IMG/VR virus record: IMGVR_UViG_3300033552_000001
Location: 32,001 to 96,000 of that record
Length of the DNA: 64,000 nucleotides
Source: a virus
Reading direction: 5' to 3' (one strand)
This document shows positions 19,379 to 31,700 of this stretch, piece by piece. Below the pieces are notes generated by a model that was not told where the DNA came from, made no database searches, and saw only the letters and a program-made list of their open reading frames with translations. Both the position numbers and the translations under genes were made by a program. Position 1 is the first letter of the stretch. Each line of letters begins with the position of its first letter.

Positions 19379-21925
19379 ATGATAACTCTTAAAAGCCAAC
19401 CAACACCTGTAACAAATTACACAGATGTATTTGATGAAGAGATGGTGGCTAAGTCTATCTCTTATAGAAAAGCTAAATTTGACCAAGGTGTAAATGCTGT
19501 TCAATCTAAAATAAATCAATTAAGTAGTATTCCTACTTTAACAGATGAAGATGCACAATACTTAAACTCCAAGATTGGTAATTTAACAAACACTATTAAT
19601 AGTAATCAAGGAATAGATTTTTCTGATTCAATGAATCTTTCTAAAATTGATAGTGATGCTCTTGATATAAGTTCTGATAATACAATTCTAAATGCAGCTT
19701 CTTCTGCTAAAAATCATCAAAAAGAAATGAAATTTATGGATGATGCTAAAAATAATCCTAAGAAATATGGTGATATATTATCTCCACATAATGATAGGGA
19801 TTATTCTGATCATCTAAGAGATTATAAATTAAAAAGACAAAATGGTGAAGAGGCTGTATTTTCTTATCAGTATAAACCTTTTGTAGATATTCAAGGGGAA
19901 TTGTTAAAAAGAGTTGAAAAACTAAAAGCAACTGCAACATCAGAAATTAATGGTAATTATATTATTAATGGAAAAGAATTAACACCACAAAGAATTAGAG
20001 CAGAAGCCTTTTCTCAATTACAAACTTCTCCTAAGATGATGGGGCAATTAGCTATTAATTCTAAGTATGATACAGAAAATATATCAGATGCTGATTTAAT
20101 TACTTCTAAAAATCATTTATTACAAATTCAGGAATTAAAATATAGAAAAGATTCAGAAAGTGAACTAGCTAGACTTTTAACATTAGATGTAAAAGATCCA
20201 AATAGAACTGCTGTTAGAATTGCAGAAGCAACAGAAGTTTTTCAAAAACATGAAAAGTCTTACAATAAATATAAAAACTCTCCTACATACATTGGTGAAG
20301 GAGCTTATAACAGGCAGAAATTAGCACAAGAACTTACCTTAAATAATATATTAACAGGACTTGATCAATTTGCTATTTCAGAAAGAAAAATTACACCAAA
20401 TATGATTCCTTTGGCAATTGCAAAACAAGACTTCTTACAAAAAATGGCAAGGCTGACTGAAGATAGAAAAGAAAGAGAATTTAATTATACAAAAGACAGA
20501 GACAAAATTGATGATCAATTTAGAAATTTAGAATTAGCTAGTAAGAATGGTACAAAAACTAAGATTGCAGAAGGTGAATTAGATGGTAGTACAAGTATTG
20601 ATATTCCTAATATTAAAGATGTTGATAATGCACAGAATAATTTTCAAGTAATGAGAGATGATGCTGTAAAAGAAACAAGAAAATTATTGATTGATGAGTA
20701 TAAAAATAGAATTGGTGTGATAGGTAAATTAGATGATGCTTTTCTTAGTAATTATGTTGATAAATTAGTAAGAGCTAATGGAACTTCTGCTAATCTTGAT
20801 GAAGAGAAAACTACTAAAATGCTAAAAGGTAAATTAGCTGAATATGGCAATGCTCAAATCCCAGAAGATGCAGTAATAAAAAATATGTTAAGGTCATTAA
20901 ATAAATTATCAATTGATGTAAAAAAAGTATTTGATACAGGAGAATTATTATCAACTGAAAATTCTCAATTTCTTTCTAAGTATTTAAAAGGTGTTCAAAA
21001 GAATACAGTGATGAATAGTATTCCTCAAAGTGCCTTAGAAAATGCCCTTTCTGTAAATGGAATTAGTCCTAAGGAATATGAATATTTAAAAGGTAAAAAC
21101 TTTGGCACAAGTAAAGATCCAAACAGAAGAAGTCTTTTTACTTCTGATCAATATAGTAAAGAGAAAATGGCATTTGATAATGTACAAAAATCTATTGATC
21201 AATTTTATAAAGACAAAGCATCTACTGCTCAATTATTTCCTTCTCAAACTTACACTGAAAAGTATAGAAAAGAAAGTGGGGTTGATGTTACTTTAAATAA
21301 TGTATTAGGTCAAGGAAGACTTTCTATGGATGGTACTACTAATATTGGTAATGGTGTTTATGGAAAAGAAAATGAAAAAGCAACTAATAGAGGTACAAGA
21401 GTTGAAGCAGTTGATTATAATTATGCAACTCAAGTAGCAAGAGTTAAAGTATTTGGTATAAATACATTAGGTAAGGAATTTGAACAACAGGGAGTTCAAT
21501 CATTTTCAGTTCCAAGAGAATATATGGAAAATCATACTTCTGAAAAAGTTAAAAAAGGTTCTCAAACATTAACTCAATCTGAATTACTACATCTTGCAGG
21601 TGGTGAAATTTATAGACAAACTAAAAGTGGTAAAAGTCCAATGTTTGATCAATTACCTAATAGAATGGCAACACCTTTTAGAGCTGTGCTTGTAGATAAA
21701 AATGATGTTTCTAATAACAAAGTTAACATCTTTATTAAACTACCTGTAAATGGAAGACTTACAACCTTTGAATTACCTGGTGCTTATGATAGTGTTGAAT
21801 ATGCAGAAAGAGATTTAACACAAAAAACATTACAATTATATGAAGATTTAAAAAATCAAGGTAGACCTAAAAAAGACATACCTAATTTAGTAGCAAAAGC
21901 AATTATAGATTCATTAACAAAATAA
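19379..21925 (+). CDS. Large virion ejection protein
   Basis: 848 aa, helical, no Cys seen; first gene of the giant-gene cluster preceding the virion RNA polymerase, as in Crassvirales. Confidence 0.6.
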   Translation: MITLKSQPTPVTNYTDVFDEEMVAKSISYRKAKFDQGVNAVQSKINQLSSIPTLTDEDAQYLNSKIGNLTNTINSNQGIDFSDSMNLSKIDSDALDISSDNTILNAASSAKNHQKEMKFMDDAKNNPKKYGDILSPHNDRDYSDHLRDYKLKRQNGEEAVFSYQYKPFVDIQGELLKRVEKLKATATSEINGNYIINGKELTPQRIRAEAFSQLQTSPKMMGQLAINSKYDTENISDADLITSKNHLLQIQELKYRKDSESELARLLTLDVKDPNRTAVRIAEATEVFQKHEKSYNKYKNSPTYIGEGAYNRQKLAQELTLNNILTGLDQFAISERKITPNMIPLAIAKQDFLQKMARLTEDRKEREFNYTKDRDKIDDQFRNLELASKNGTKTKIAEGELDGSTSIDIPNIKDVDNAQNNFQVMRDDAVKETRKLLIDEYKNRIGVIGKLDDAFLSNYVDKLVRANGTSANLDEEKTTKMLKGKLAEYGNAQIPEDAVIKNMLRSLNKLSIDVKKVFDTGELLSTENSQFLSKYLKGVQKNTVMNSIPQSALENALSVNGISPKEYEYLKGKNFGTSKDPNRRSLFTSDQYSKEKMAFDNVQKSIDQFYKDKASTAQLFPSQTYTEKYRKESGVDVTLNNVLGQGRLSMDGTTNIGNGVYGKENEKATNRGTRVEAVDYNYATQVARVKVFGINTLGKEFEQQGVQSFSVPREYMENHTSEKVKKGSQTLTQSELLHLAGGEIYRQTKSGKSPMFDQLPNRMATPFRAVLVDKNDVSNNKVNIFIKLPVNGRLTTFELPGAYDSVEYAERDLTQKTLQLYEDLKNQGRPKKDIPNLVAKAIIDSLTK

Positions 21926-24900
21926 ATGAAAGAAGAATTAGATTTAACCCAAGTTTCTGAATTACAATTAGATACTCATTTACCAATTCAAGATCAAAAG
22001 ATTCCTGAATTTAATCCATTCAATAGATTCATTAGAAATGAAACTCCTGGAACTGGTAAAATTGTAATGCCTGAATTCAAATTAGACTATCAAGAAAAAC
22101 CTTCTGATAGTGTGCATCCATTAACCATATCTACTAAAGCTGCTCAACCTTACATTAGTAAAGGTTTTAAGCTTGCTGACATGGATATTCATAATGGTTT
22201 AGAAATGGAATTGTCTTCTACTCAAAGTGGATGGGAAAGAAAAGCAAATAATATAAAAAATGCAGGAGCTAATTTAGTTTCAATGGCAGTTCTCACTGGA
22301 TTTTCTAATCCTTTGGATATGGGATTTACCACTGATTTAGGAGATAATACTCTTGGTAAAAAACTATTTGATTGGAGTGCTGAAAAACAAAAAGAAAATT
22401 ATAATTACCAAACTAAAAATGATATTGAAGCAGAAGGAGTTTGGGATAATTTAACTAACTGGATTGACCCAACAAAAGATTCAACAAAAGGTGTTGGTAA
22501 ATTATTAGAAAGTGTAGCTTTTGGTGTAGGTGCTGGACTTGGTATAATGGCACAAGAAGCTGTTGTTTCTTATGCTACAGGAGGTAGTGGTACATTTCCA
22601 TTATTAGCTGCTAAAATTCAACAAGTGGTAAATAGTGCCAAGTATTTAGACAAGGCTTTAGACATATCAAGAATAGCTGAAAAAGGAGCATTAAATTTAG
22701 AAAGGGTATTAAGTGTTGGTGATATAACTAATTCAACAGCTAAGGGACTTAGAAAAATTTATAAAAGTCAATTAGGCTCTCATTCAGAAGCATTATTTGA
22801 AGGACTTGAAGGTAAAGAATCTTTAAAAAATGATTTAATTAGAGAATATGAAGAAATTCATGGGTATAAACCACTTGATGTTGAATTAGCAAAAATAGAA
22901 AAGGTTGCTACTGAAGCAGGTCAAGCAAGATATGGAATAAATAAAGCTTTATTATCTGTAACTAACTTTTCTCAATTCAATTCTTTATTTAAAGCCTACA
23001 GCCCAGAAAAAGAAATTGCTGATGGTTTTCTTGAAAAATTTGGTAAAGCAATTGGTATTGATCCTATTACTAAAAAAGCAGTTCTTAATAGCACTGGTTA
23101 TAAAATAACATCTCCTTGGTTTGAAAAAGGAATTAGAGCTAAATTAAAACCTGCAATTGAAGGAGCAATTGATGTAGGACAAAAAGAAATAGTGGGTAAT
23201 GGACTTATGGAAGGTGTTGAAGAAGGGCTTCAATTCTTTACTGATAAGGCATTAAATAACTATTACTCATGGAAATATCATGGAGATAATAAAAGTGCCA
23301 ATGATGCCATATATGAAGGTACAAAAGCAATGTTTTCTAAAGAAGGTATTGAATCTATTTTCACAGGAATAGTTTCTGGTGCTGGACAATCTGCTATTAC
23401 AAAATACTTTGCTTCATTATCACCTAAATTCAAAGCACAAAAGAAATTATTTGAAACACATCAAGGAGAATTGTTAGATACTTATTTAAAAATTGATGAA
23501 AAGTTTCAAGCACTTCCATTAGAGTTTAAAAAGAAATTAGTTAATGTAATGAACAAAAGTTCTGTAGGAGGAACTGTTGCTGATAAAGCACAATTATTAT
23601 CTGCTACTTCTGGAACATCTGATATATTAAATCAACCAGAAGATGAAGAACAATTTAATCAAGCATTAACACATCAATTTTACACACTTGCTTTACCTTA
23701 TGCAAAACATGGAAATATTGATATTTTAAAAGCTCAATTTGAGGAATATAAAAATTTAGATGATCAAGCATTTATGCAGACATTTGGATTGTCTGATATT
23801 AAAAACAAAAATACTACTATTGATTTATATTTAAAAGAATTTGATGCTATTCAAGAAGCTTACAGAAAATCTAATAATGCATTTTCTAAATCACCAGCTA
23901 CTCCAGAATTACAGAATGAATATAATTATTTAAAAACAGAATTAGCTTTCTCATTATACAATAGTGATAAACTAATTAAAGATGCTAAATCATTAAAAGG
24001 GGCTATTGGAGATGATTATGTACAATTATTATCTAATAAAGGAATGTCTCAATCTACTATTGAGGCTAATAATAATGAGATTGAAGAACTACAAAAAGAA
24101 ATTGAGACACCAGAAAATAATAGACTGATTGCTGGGCTTAAAAAGTACAACAGCTATATTGAAAGGGTGTTAAGTGGCAAAGTTGAATTAAAAAAAGGAG
24201 AATATATTGATATACTAAAACAACTGATTGTTGATCCTTCTGTAAACAAAAAATATGGCAAGCAGAATAGTCTTGCTAATTATGATAACCTTGATGATAA
24301 ACTAAATAAAATATATCAACTATCTAAAATTCAAGATAGAGTTAGATATACACAACAGAAATTAGACAGAATATTAAACAGTGAAAATCCATTAGATTAT
24401 TTACAACAACAAGAAAATGCTTTTGAAAATGAAGCTTTCACTTATAGTAGAACAGTAAATCCAAATCCAATAGTAGAGAATAAGAATATTGTTGAAGTAA
24501 TAACTGATGAAGAATATACTAAATTTCAAGCTGGTGATGTAAGTAAAGAATTATTAACAAGTATTGCTGTTAAATTAAAAGATAAAAAAAGTCTTTCTGT
24601 TAGAGAAAATGAAATAAATAATAAATTTAAAGATGCAATAAATTCTATTCTTGCAGCTATAAAAGCTGATGAAGATAAATTAGTTGAAATTCTTAATCCT
24701 GGTGAACAGCAATTACCTGACCCAGAAATAGCAAGAAAAAAGAAAATTGAAGAAGATAATAGAATTTTAAATCAACAAATTGAAAGAAATAAAAAACTTT
24801 TAGAAGATGAAAAAATCAGATTAAAAAAAGAAAAAGAAAAGATTATATTATTTAATGGGGAAACAGTTATTTATAATAATGAAACAGGTGTATTAAGTGT

Positions 24901-27900
24901 TTCTGCCCTTGGCTTAATAGAAATTGAAACAGAAGACAGAGTTTATGAATTAGGTAATATTGCAGATTATGTTTATTTGTCAGATTTAAAGATTAAATTA
25001 GTTCAAGAAATTGAGCAATTAAATAAGTACACTACACAGAGTGTTAATGATGATTTTATTGTTATAAATAATGTTGAATATAAAATAATTACTAATAGTA
25101 TTGGTAATATTGTAGGGCTAGAAACAAAAGAAGGAAATATTCTTAGAAATGAAGCTTTATTAATTCATGCTGAAATAGAAAGAAATAGATCTGAATATGT
25201 TCAACTTGAAGAAATTGAAGAACTATATGTTGCTGCTAAAACAGAGTTTGATGAAATTAGAATATTAGAAAATATATATAATTTAAATATTACAGAAGGT
25301 ATAAATGACTCTATTGATAAAATTTACAATCAAGAAAAGCTTGATGAAAATGAAAAATTAGCATTAAAATTATGGGTAAATGATGTTATAGATAGAATTA
25401 ATAATTTACTTAAATCATATCCTACTAATGAGAATTTTTTACTTTCTTTTAAAAACTTAAATTTACTTAAAGGCTTACTAAATAAAGATAAAAGTATTAA
25501 AAAACTAAAAAATGAAAAACCAAGAAGCAATAAAAAAGTTGTTACTCCTGTCTCTAACACCAGCCCAAAGACAGCAATTACAGAAGTCATTATCAAAGAA
25601 GACCTTCCAATAGATTTAGAAAGTTCTATAATTACTGATTTAACTGCAATAACATCACTTAATGATTTATTAGAATATTACAATAATTTAATTCCTGAAT
25701 TTCAAGAAAAATATAAAACATTATTTACAATAGCAAAAGAAGATTTGCAATTAAAAAATAAAATTCTTCAGAATTTAAATGCTCCTGTTGAAATATTACC
25801 TGTAATTCCAATTGAAACAGAAGAAAATGATTTGACAGCTAAAATTGCAGAAATAAATTCAAGAAGGCAAGAAGAATATAAAGGTAATGTAATAGAGTCT
25901 TTTAAAACTTATTCAATAGATATAGAAGGAAAAACTTATGAAATTGGAGAAGAAATACATATAGGATCAAATAATATTTTTACTTATGTTAAAAATAAAG
26001 ATGGTCTTTTTGGAAGCTCTGTTGATACAAGAAATTTATTAGCTAAAAAACAAAGCAATAAAAAGTTTTTAAAAGATGAAACAGAAGATTTTATAGATGA
26101 TGAAGTAAAAAAAGAAATTGATGATAAATATGATAAAGAAATTGAAGAACTAATAAATGGAAAACAAGAAGAAACAGAAGAAGAATTACCAATTATTGAT
26201 ACTGATGAAAATGATAATATTGAATCTAAACAATATGAAGCTTTATTTTTAGTAGATGAAAAAGGTGAAATTTTATATGAAGCAAGAGATCAAAAAGCAT
26301 TTAATGATAGATCAGCAGAACTAATTAATCTGCAAGCTAATGGCAATATTGATGCTTTTACTGATGCCATGAATTATGATGTAATAGAAGAAATTAAAAA
26401 TGCAAAATCAGAACCTACTAAATTTAGTATGGAAGAATCTTTGTATAAATTAGATCCTAAAAGTGGTATTAGAATGAGTATTAAAGGGGTTAATATGGGA
26501 TTTATTTCTACTTCTGATGACTTGTATGTTGATTTAAAAATCATAGAAGAAACAATTAATAATAAAAAGATTTTTGATACTAAGGATAGAACATCTGTTA
26601 TTAAAGATGATACTAAAAGAATATTTATTTTATACACTGACTTCTTAAAAGAGTTAGAGGGTAATGTTGCTTTATTTAATACAATTAAAAAAACAAAAGT
26701 ATCTACCACTAATAGTGCTGGAGATAAAGTTGAATCTACTTTATTATTTAGAGATGTAAAAGAAGATATTGGAATGTTAAATGATAAACAAACTGAATAT
26801 TTAAAATCTAAACAAATATTATTGCAATATTTAAAAGCTGATCCAACACAGAAACAATTAAAAGACTTAATAAAAAAACATAATATAATTGATTATCAAG
26901 CTTTTATACATTATAATAAAGAAGTGAAAGATCAATTGTATAAGTTAGAAGATACTTTATTATATAATAAATCTGCTGATAATGCTACTGGTTTATTACA
27001 TGGACATGTGGTTACAATCACTTGGAATCAAAATCCAAATGAAAGACATAATATTAGTATTGATCAAACTTTATATTCAGAGGAAGAAAGAATGTCTGGT
27101 AGTAAAAAGAATGAGGAAGCAGATGCAATTATAGAATACTTAAATACTTTACACACTTCTTTTGGTAAAAAGAAATTAGTTGTAGTTCCTCAAAGAAATG
27201 TTGATGGTAGTACTAGTTTTAGAGTATTAGATACTTTTAACAAAGCTGTTGATAATTCAAATTTAGAAGAAACAATTGATGATAGAGGAGAGTTAGCTGA
27301 ATATTTACAACAATTAGATTTACAAACTAACACTATTGATGGTGTAAAATACACTGATGATACTAAAATTAGATTTAGTTTACAAGCACATACAATTTTA
27401 GATAATGAAGATAATTTAGATTTAAAAGTAATTCTTACTTTACCAGACCAATCAGAACTTGTAGAAAATGTTATATTTAAGAAAAAAACTAGTAAAGGTG
27501 AATTATTAGATATAATTAAAAAACAATTGGATAGTGGTGTAGTTGGTAAGAAATCATTACAATTAAATGTATCTTTGTATACAGTAGAACAAAATAAATT
27601 GTTAACAGGAAAATCAATAAGTAATTTTAACATAAAATCTTATTTTGGTAAAAACCCAAAACAAATTTACAGTACTTTGTATTTAAAAGTTAAGCCTTTT
27701 CAAGGAGTTAATATTCCTAAAGTTGATACAGCAGTTGTAAATACTCCTCCTGTGCCAGTTGATAGTAATTTTGAAGAACCATTTTTTTATGAAGATCAAC
27801 AACAAGATTTTGGTGATGATATGCAATCATTTGATGAAGGAATAAATCTTGAAGATGAAGCAAAAAATGCAGAACTTGAAAAAATGTTACAAGATTTAGA

Positions 27901-28762
27901 AGCTCAAAATAATGAACCAATTATTGATGTTGTAAACACTTCTAATAATTCTTTAACACAAGAAGAAGTTGATTGGTTATATGATAATCTCACTTTAATT
28001 ACAAAAACTTATAATACTTCAACACTTTTTAATTCTATTGATACTAATTTAAAAAAAGAATTACAGTTTAAAGACAATACTATTGTAACTGCAATTTTAC
28101 CAGATGCTGGAGGAACACCTATGTTTTGGTTTAAAAGAAATAGTGGAAATTGGTTAATTACTATAACTCAAAAAAATGATAAAATTGATTTAAATTTGGC
28201 AAAACAGAATAAAAATGGTTCTTATTACAACCAAATTATTTCTCAAGAAAAAATAACAGAATTATTAAAAAAATCAGGTTTGTTAGAATTAACAAATGAT
28301 TTATATAAAGATGCAAATGTAAAACAACCTGCAACAAGGTTAGAACAGTTTGAACTTCAAAATAAAATACAACAAAAATATAATTTAAAAAGAAGTTATA
28401 AAGATATTGTAAACCAGTTAAAACCTTTACAAAATTATTCAGCATTAAATTCTAATATTCCTATTACTCCTGTAAATGCAAATCTTAGTTTTTTACAACA
28501 AATATTAAAAAGATATGATTTTGCAACAGAACAAGATAAAGAAAATATTGAATCATTATCAGAAGAAGAATTTGAACAAATAATTAAAGAAGATTATCCT
28601 GAATTAGATTTATCACTTCCAGAATCAGTTACTTCTACTGGAATGTTTATTGAAAAAGAAATACAAGTAAATAAATCACAATCCCCAATTGCAGCAACAA
28701 GAATAGAAGAACCAACAGTCAATAAAGAAGAATTGAAAGAATTAATTAAAAGATGTGTATAA
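21926..28762 (+). CDS. Giant virion ejection protein (2278 aa) with an N-terminal hydrophobic Gly/Ala segment
   Basis: AFGVGAGLGIMAQEAVVSYATGG membrane-like segment, EGVEEGLQ motif common in phage ejection proteins; single Cys at the penultimate residue. Confidence 0.7.
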   Translation: MKEELDLTQVSELQLDTHLPIQDQKIPEFNPFNRFIRNETPGTGKIVMPEFKLDYQEKPSDSVHPLTISTKAAQPYISKGFKLADMDIHNGLEMELSSTQSGWERKANNIKNAGANLVSMAVLTGFSNPLDMGFTTDLGDNTLGKKLFDWSAEKQKENYNYQTKNDIEAEGVWDNLTNWIDPTKDSTKGVGKLLESVAFGVGAGLGIMAQEAVVSYATGGSGTFPLLAAKIQQVVNSAKYLDKALDISRIAEKGALNLERVLSVGDITNSTAKGLRKIYKSQLGSHSEALFEGLEGKESLKNDLIREYEEIHGYKPLDVELAKIEKVATEAGQARYGINKALLSVTNFSQFNSLFKAYSPEKEIADGFLEKFGKAIGIDPITKKAVLNSTGYKITSPWFEKGIRAKLKPAIEGAIDVGQKEIVGNGLMEGVEEGLQFFTDKALNNYYSWKYHGDNKSANDAIYEGTKAMFSKEGIESIFTGIVSGAGQSAITKYFASLSPKFKAQKKLFETHQGELLDTYLKIDEKFQALPLEFKKKLVNVMNKSSVGGTVADKAQLLSATSGTSDILNQPEDEEQFNQALTHQFYTLALPYAKHGNIDILKAQFEEYKNLDDQAFMQTFGLSDIKNKNTTIDLYLKEFDAIQEAYRKSNNAFSKSPATPELQNEYNYLKTELAFSLYNSDKLIKDAKSLKGAIGDDYVQLLSNKGMSQSTIEANNNEIEELQKEIETPENNRLIAGLKKYNSYIERVLSGKVELKKGEYIDILKQLIVDPSVNKKYGKQNSLANYDNLDDKLNKIYQLSKIQDRVRYTQQKLDRILNSENPLDYLQQQENAFENEAFTYSRTVNPNPIVENKNIVEVITDEEYTKFQAGDVSKELLTSIAVKLKDKKSLSVRENEINNKFKDAINSILAAIKADEDKLVEILNPGEQQLPDPEIARKKKIEEDNRILNQQIERNKKLLEDEKIRLKKEKEKIILFNGETVIYNNETGVLSVSALGLIEIETEDRVYELGNIADYVYLSDLKIKLVQEIEQLNKYTTQSVNDDFIVINNVEYKIITNSIGNIVGLETKEGNILRNEALLIHAEIERNRSEYVQLEEIEELYVAAKTEFDEIRILENIYNLNITEGINDSIDKIYNQEKLDENEKLALKLWVNDVIDRINNLLKSYPTNENFLLSFKNLNLLKGLLNKDKSIKKLKNEKPRSNKKVVTPVSNTSPKTAITEVIIKEDLPIDLESSIITDLTAITSLNDLLEYYNNLIPEFQEKYKTLFTIAKEDLQLKNKILQNLNAPVEILPVIPIETEENDLTAKIAEINSRRQEEYKGNVIESFKTYSIDIEGKTYEIGEEIHIGSNNIFTYVKNKDGLFGSSVDTRNLLAKKQSNKKFLKDETEDFIDDEVKKEIDDKYDKEIEELINGKQEETEEELPIIDTDENDNIESKQYEALFLVDEKGEILYEARDQKAFNDRSAELINLQANGNIDAFTDAMNYDVIEEIKNAKSEPTKFSMEESLYKLDPKSGIRMSIKGVNMGFISTSDDLYVDLKIIEETINNKKIFDTKDRTSVIKDDTKRIFILYTDFLKELEGNVALFNTIKKTKVSTTNSAGDKVESTLLFRDVKEDIGMLNDKQTEYLKSKQILLQYLKADPTQKQLKDLIKKHNIIDYQAFIHYNKEVKDQLYKLEDTLLYNKSADNATGLLHGHVVTITWNQNPNERHNISIDQTLYSEEERMSGSKKNEEADAIIEYLNTLHTSFGKKKLVVVPQRNVDGSTSFRVLDTFNKAVDNSNLEETIDDRGELAEYLQQLDLQTNTIDGVKYTDDTKIRFSLQAHTILDNEDNLDLKVILTLPDQSELVENVIFKKKTSKGELLDIIKKQLDSGVVGKKSLQLNVSLYTVEQNKLLTGKSISNFNIKSYFGKNPKQIYSTLYLKVKPFQGVNIPKVDTAVVNTPPVPVDSNFEEPFFYEDQQQDFGDDMQSFDEGINLEDEAKNAELEKMLQDLEAQNNEPIIDVVNTSNNSLTQEEVDWLYDNLTLITKTYNTSTLFNSIDTNLKKELQFKDNTIVTAILPDAGGTPMFWFKRNSGNWLITITQKNDKIDLNLAKQNKNGSYYNQIISQEKITELLKKSGLLELTNDLYKDANVKQPATRLEQFELQNKIQQKYNLKRSYKDIVNQLKPLQNYSALNSNIPITPVNANLSFLQQILKRYDFATEQDKENIESLSEEEFEQIIKEDYPELDLSLPESVTSTGMFIEKEIQVNKSQSPIAATRIEEPTVNKEELKELIKRCV
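25512..25613 (+). CDS. Candidate overprinted 33-aa ORF in the +1 frame of the 2278-aa gene
   Basis: aaaaaactaaaaaATG leader; MKNQEAIKKLLLLSLTPAQRQQLQKSLSKKTFQ*; not in the ORF track because of its size. Confidence 0.35.
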   Translation: MKNQEAIKKLLLLSLTPAQRQQLQKSLSKKTFQ

Positions 28763-31700
28763 TATGAAAGATTGTTTAATGTTAGATAATTTAGATGTCC
28801 AAGAATGGATTGATAAAGAAGGAATTAATACAACTTATGAAGAATATTTAAAAAAGGGATATTTACCTGATTATAAAGATTGGACAGGTAAAGAAGTTTC
28901 TACTGATACAGCAAAAGATATTTTAAATAGTTTTTTTGGACTTGACACTTTTAATGTTCAAGTGAAAGACTTTTCTAATTTAATGTATAGCCTGCCAGCT
29001 AATACTGCTGCTGCTTATTTACAACAAGTTATTTATTTAAATCAAAATCCTCAAAAAGCAGATGTTTATGAAGAAGGATTTCATGCAATAATGGATGTTG
29101 TAATATCTGCTGATGAAAAGAAAGAAGTGTTGAAAGCTGGGCAATCTGTTTTAAGAGCAAGACTTAAATCAGAAGGTAAAACAATTAACCAATACATCAA
29201 AGAATTAGTAACAAAATATCCTACTATTTATGGTAGATTGTCTGCTGAAAAAGCATTAGAAAGAGCTTTTGAAGAAGAAGTGGCTTCTATGTTTGTTGAT
29301 AGTTTTGAAAATAAAAACTATTTAAAACAAGAATTTGATTTAAGTAAAAAACTTTCGCCCTTCTTTGGTGACAATGCTAAATCAATTGCTAAAATATTAT
29401 CAAAAATATTTAAGTTTTTTAAAGATATTTATAACAAATTTCTTGGTAATCAAGATACACTTTCTTTATTCTTTCAAAACATTAAAGATGGAAAGTTTAA
29501 AAATAATAATAAAGTAATTGATAGTAATGGAGATAATAATATAGTTCCATTTACAAGACTTTTAGAATTATACACTACTAGATTTAACAGAATTTCAAAA
29601 AAAGAAACACAATTTCTTTCTCATTCACTAACATCAGAAGCTACTCAAAGAGTAATTAGAAATGTTGGTGCAATATTCTTTCAATTAGAAGGTGCTAAAT
29701 TATTTAACACTGTTGCTGAAAGAATGGATGAATCAATTGATTTGTATTTTAAATTAGAAGAAGATTTCAAAGAGATTGATTTAAATTCTGAAGTTAATGC
29801 AACTGCTTTAGAAGGACTTAAGGAAGATGTTAAAGAATATATTGAAGTATTTTCTTCTATTGTAGATTTTGATTCAGATACAGTAGAAAATGAAGAAGAA
29901 ACTCCAAATGATTTTGCTAAGTTTGACAGTAGTGCAAATGAGAGTAGTACTTTTGAAAATTCATTTTCTAAACAATTAAAATTAAGAATTGGTAAAACAG
30001 GTAGAGTAAAAACTATTCACAATTATGATTATAAAGGAGAGGGTACTATCTATCCAATTAAATTAATTGAATCAGTTAATGTATTAAATGTATATTATTC
30101 ATTTGCCAGAACATTAGGTAATACCTCTTCAGATAAAGAAAGATGGAATAGGCTTTATGCTTTTTCTAATTTAAAAGGTAATCCAGATGCAAAAGCTTTT
30201 GTTGATACTTTATTGTTTGATTTATTCCATTCACATGAAAGAATGGAAGAGCATGTAGGTAAAGAATTTCATGTAATTGTTGAAGAAATAAAGAAATTGT
30301 ATGTAGCAAAAGTAGCAGGTTTTAATATATTTCCTGAAAATGGAATTACTATTTCTTCTACCAATGCAATGATTATTAATAGTATTTTAAAAGGATTTGA
30401 TTTATGGAAAAGAAGTGAATATATACTAAAAGTAAACACTATATCAAGACAAACAGAATTGTTTGATGCTAATTTAGAAAGTATTAAAAATTCACAGTAT
30501 AAAACTTGGGTAAATTCTTTGCAAGAAATATTTAATGTTGATGCTAAGAATAAAGATAATAAACAATATGTAGAAGTAGAACAAATAAAGTGGGAAAATC
30601 CAGAAACTACTCAAAGTTTTAATGATTTGTTAAATAGACTAAAATCTTATTTTGGTAATTTAAACATTCAGTTGTCAGATGAATATTTAAAATATTCTAT
30701 ATTATCTCCAATGGTAGATAGTAAAAGAGAAATTGTATTTGAAAATGACCCTGCTTTAAGATCTTTATTTACCAATTTTAAAATTCCTAATAATGCATTA
30801 TTAACACCAGACACTACAGCACAAATCAATACAAGAGTTAAAAGATTTATGGTGGCAGGTGATATTAATAATGTTACAAACTTTAAGCAAGGAATGGTTA
30901 GGTATTTAAAATCTATTGCTGAAGGTAATGGGTATTTTGATGAAAGGATTCCTGATAATACATTTAAAGGAGCTGATGGTAAGACAAAATATAATTACCA
31001 AAATAAAACTTATTTCCTACAAAAGATTGATGAAATATTAAAAAATCCAACCAAAGCATTAACTTATAAAACATTAATTGGAAAACAACTTAATGAAGAA
31101 ACACAACAATATGAAAATATTTATTTAAAAGAAGGATTTGAATTTATTTCTGATAATTATCTATTAAAAAAGTTTGCTAATGAATATAAAGCAGCTATTG
31201 ATGCTGGTGATATATTTTCTTTTTCAGCTAATGGACTTAGACAATCAGATAGTTATACTGATATGGCAACTATGCAAACAGTTACTACAGAATCAGATGG
31301 ACTTTCTGTTGGTGATATGTCAACCAGAGATTTTGCTATTTATTTATTATCTGCTGCTGTTACTAAAAAAGAATCTGCTGCTGCTACTACTCCTATATAT
31401 GTAGGTAATTTTGAAGCTTCTAAAACTTTTGAATTTGTAAATCTTCCCTTTATTAAAGGATTGTTTACAGGAGAAAAAGTATCAACAGTGGCAATTGATT
31501 TAGTTAAAAAAGAATTTGAAAAAGAATTTAATAGAATTGTTAGATATGCAAAAAATATTAATACTACTAAATATGATAAATATAACAGTAGTTCAATAGC
31601 TAAAATTACTTATGGAACTGATACTTTAAAAGATTTCTTTTATATTCCATTTACATTAAAAAATGGTAAAAAGCAAGTTAATTTTTCTGCTTTTAGAAGT

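Noticed and set aside
15554-31404. Short same-strand alternative-frame ORFs (9645-9863, 15554-15748, 16166-16366, 21102-21296, 31174-31404)
   Set aside because: Leu/Ile/Lys/Met-rich shadow composition and no codon anomaly in the main frame, unlike the two overprinted candidates kept.
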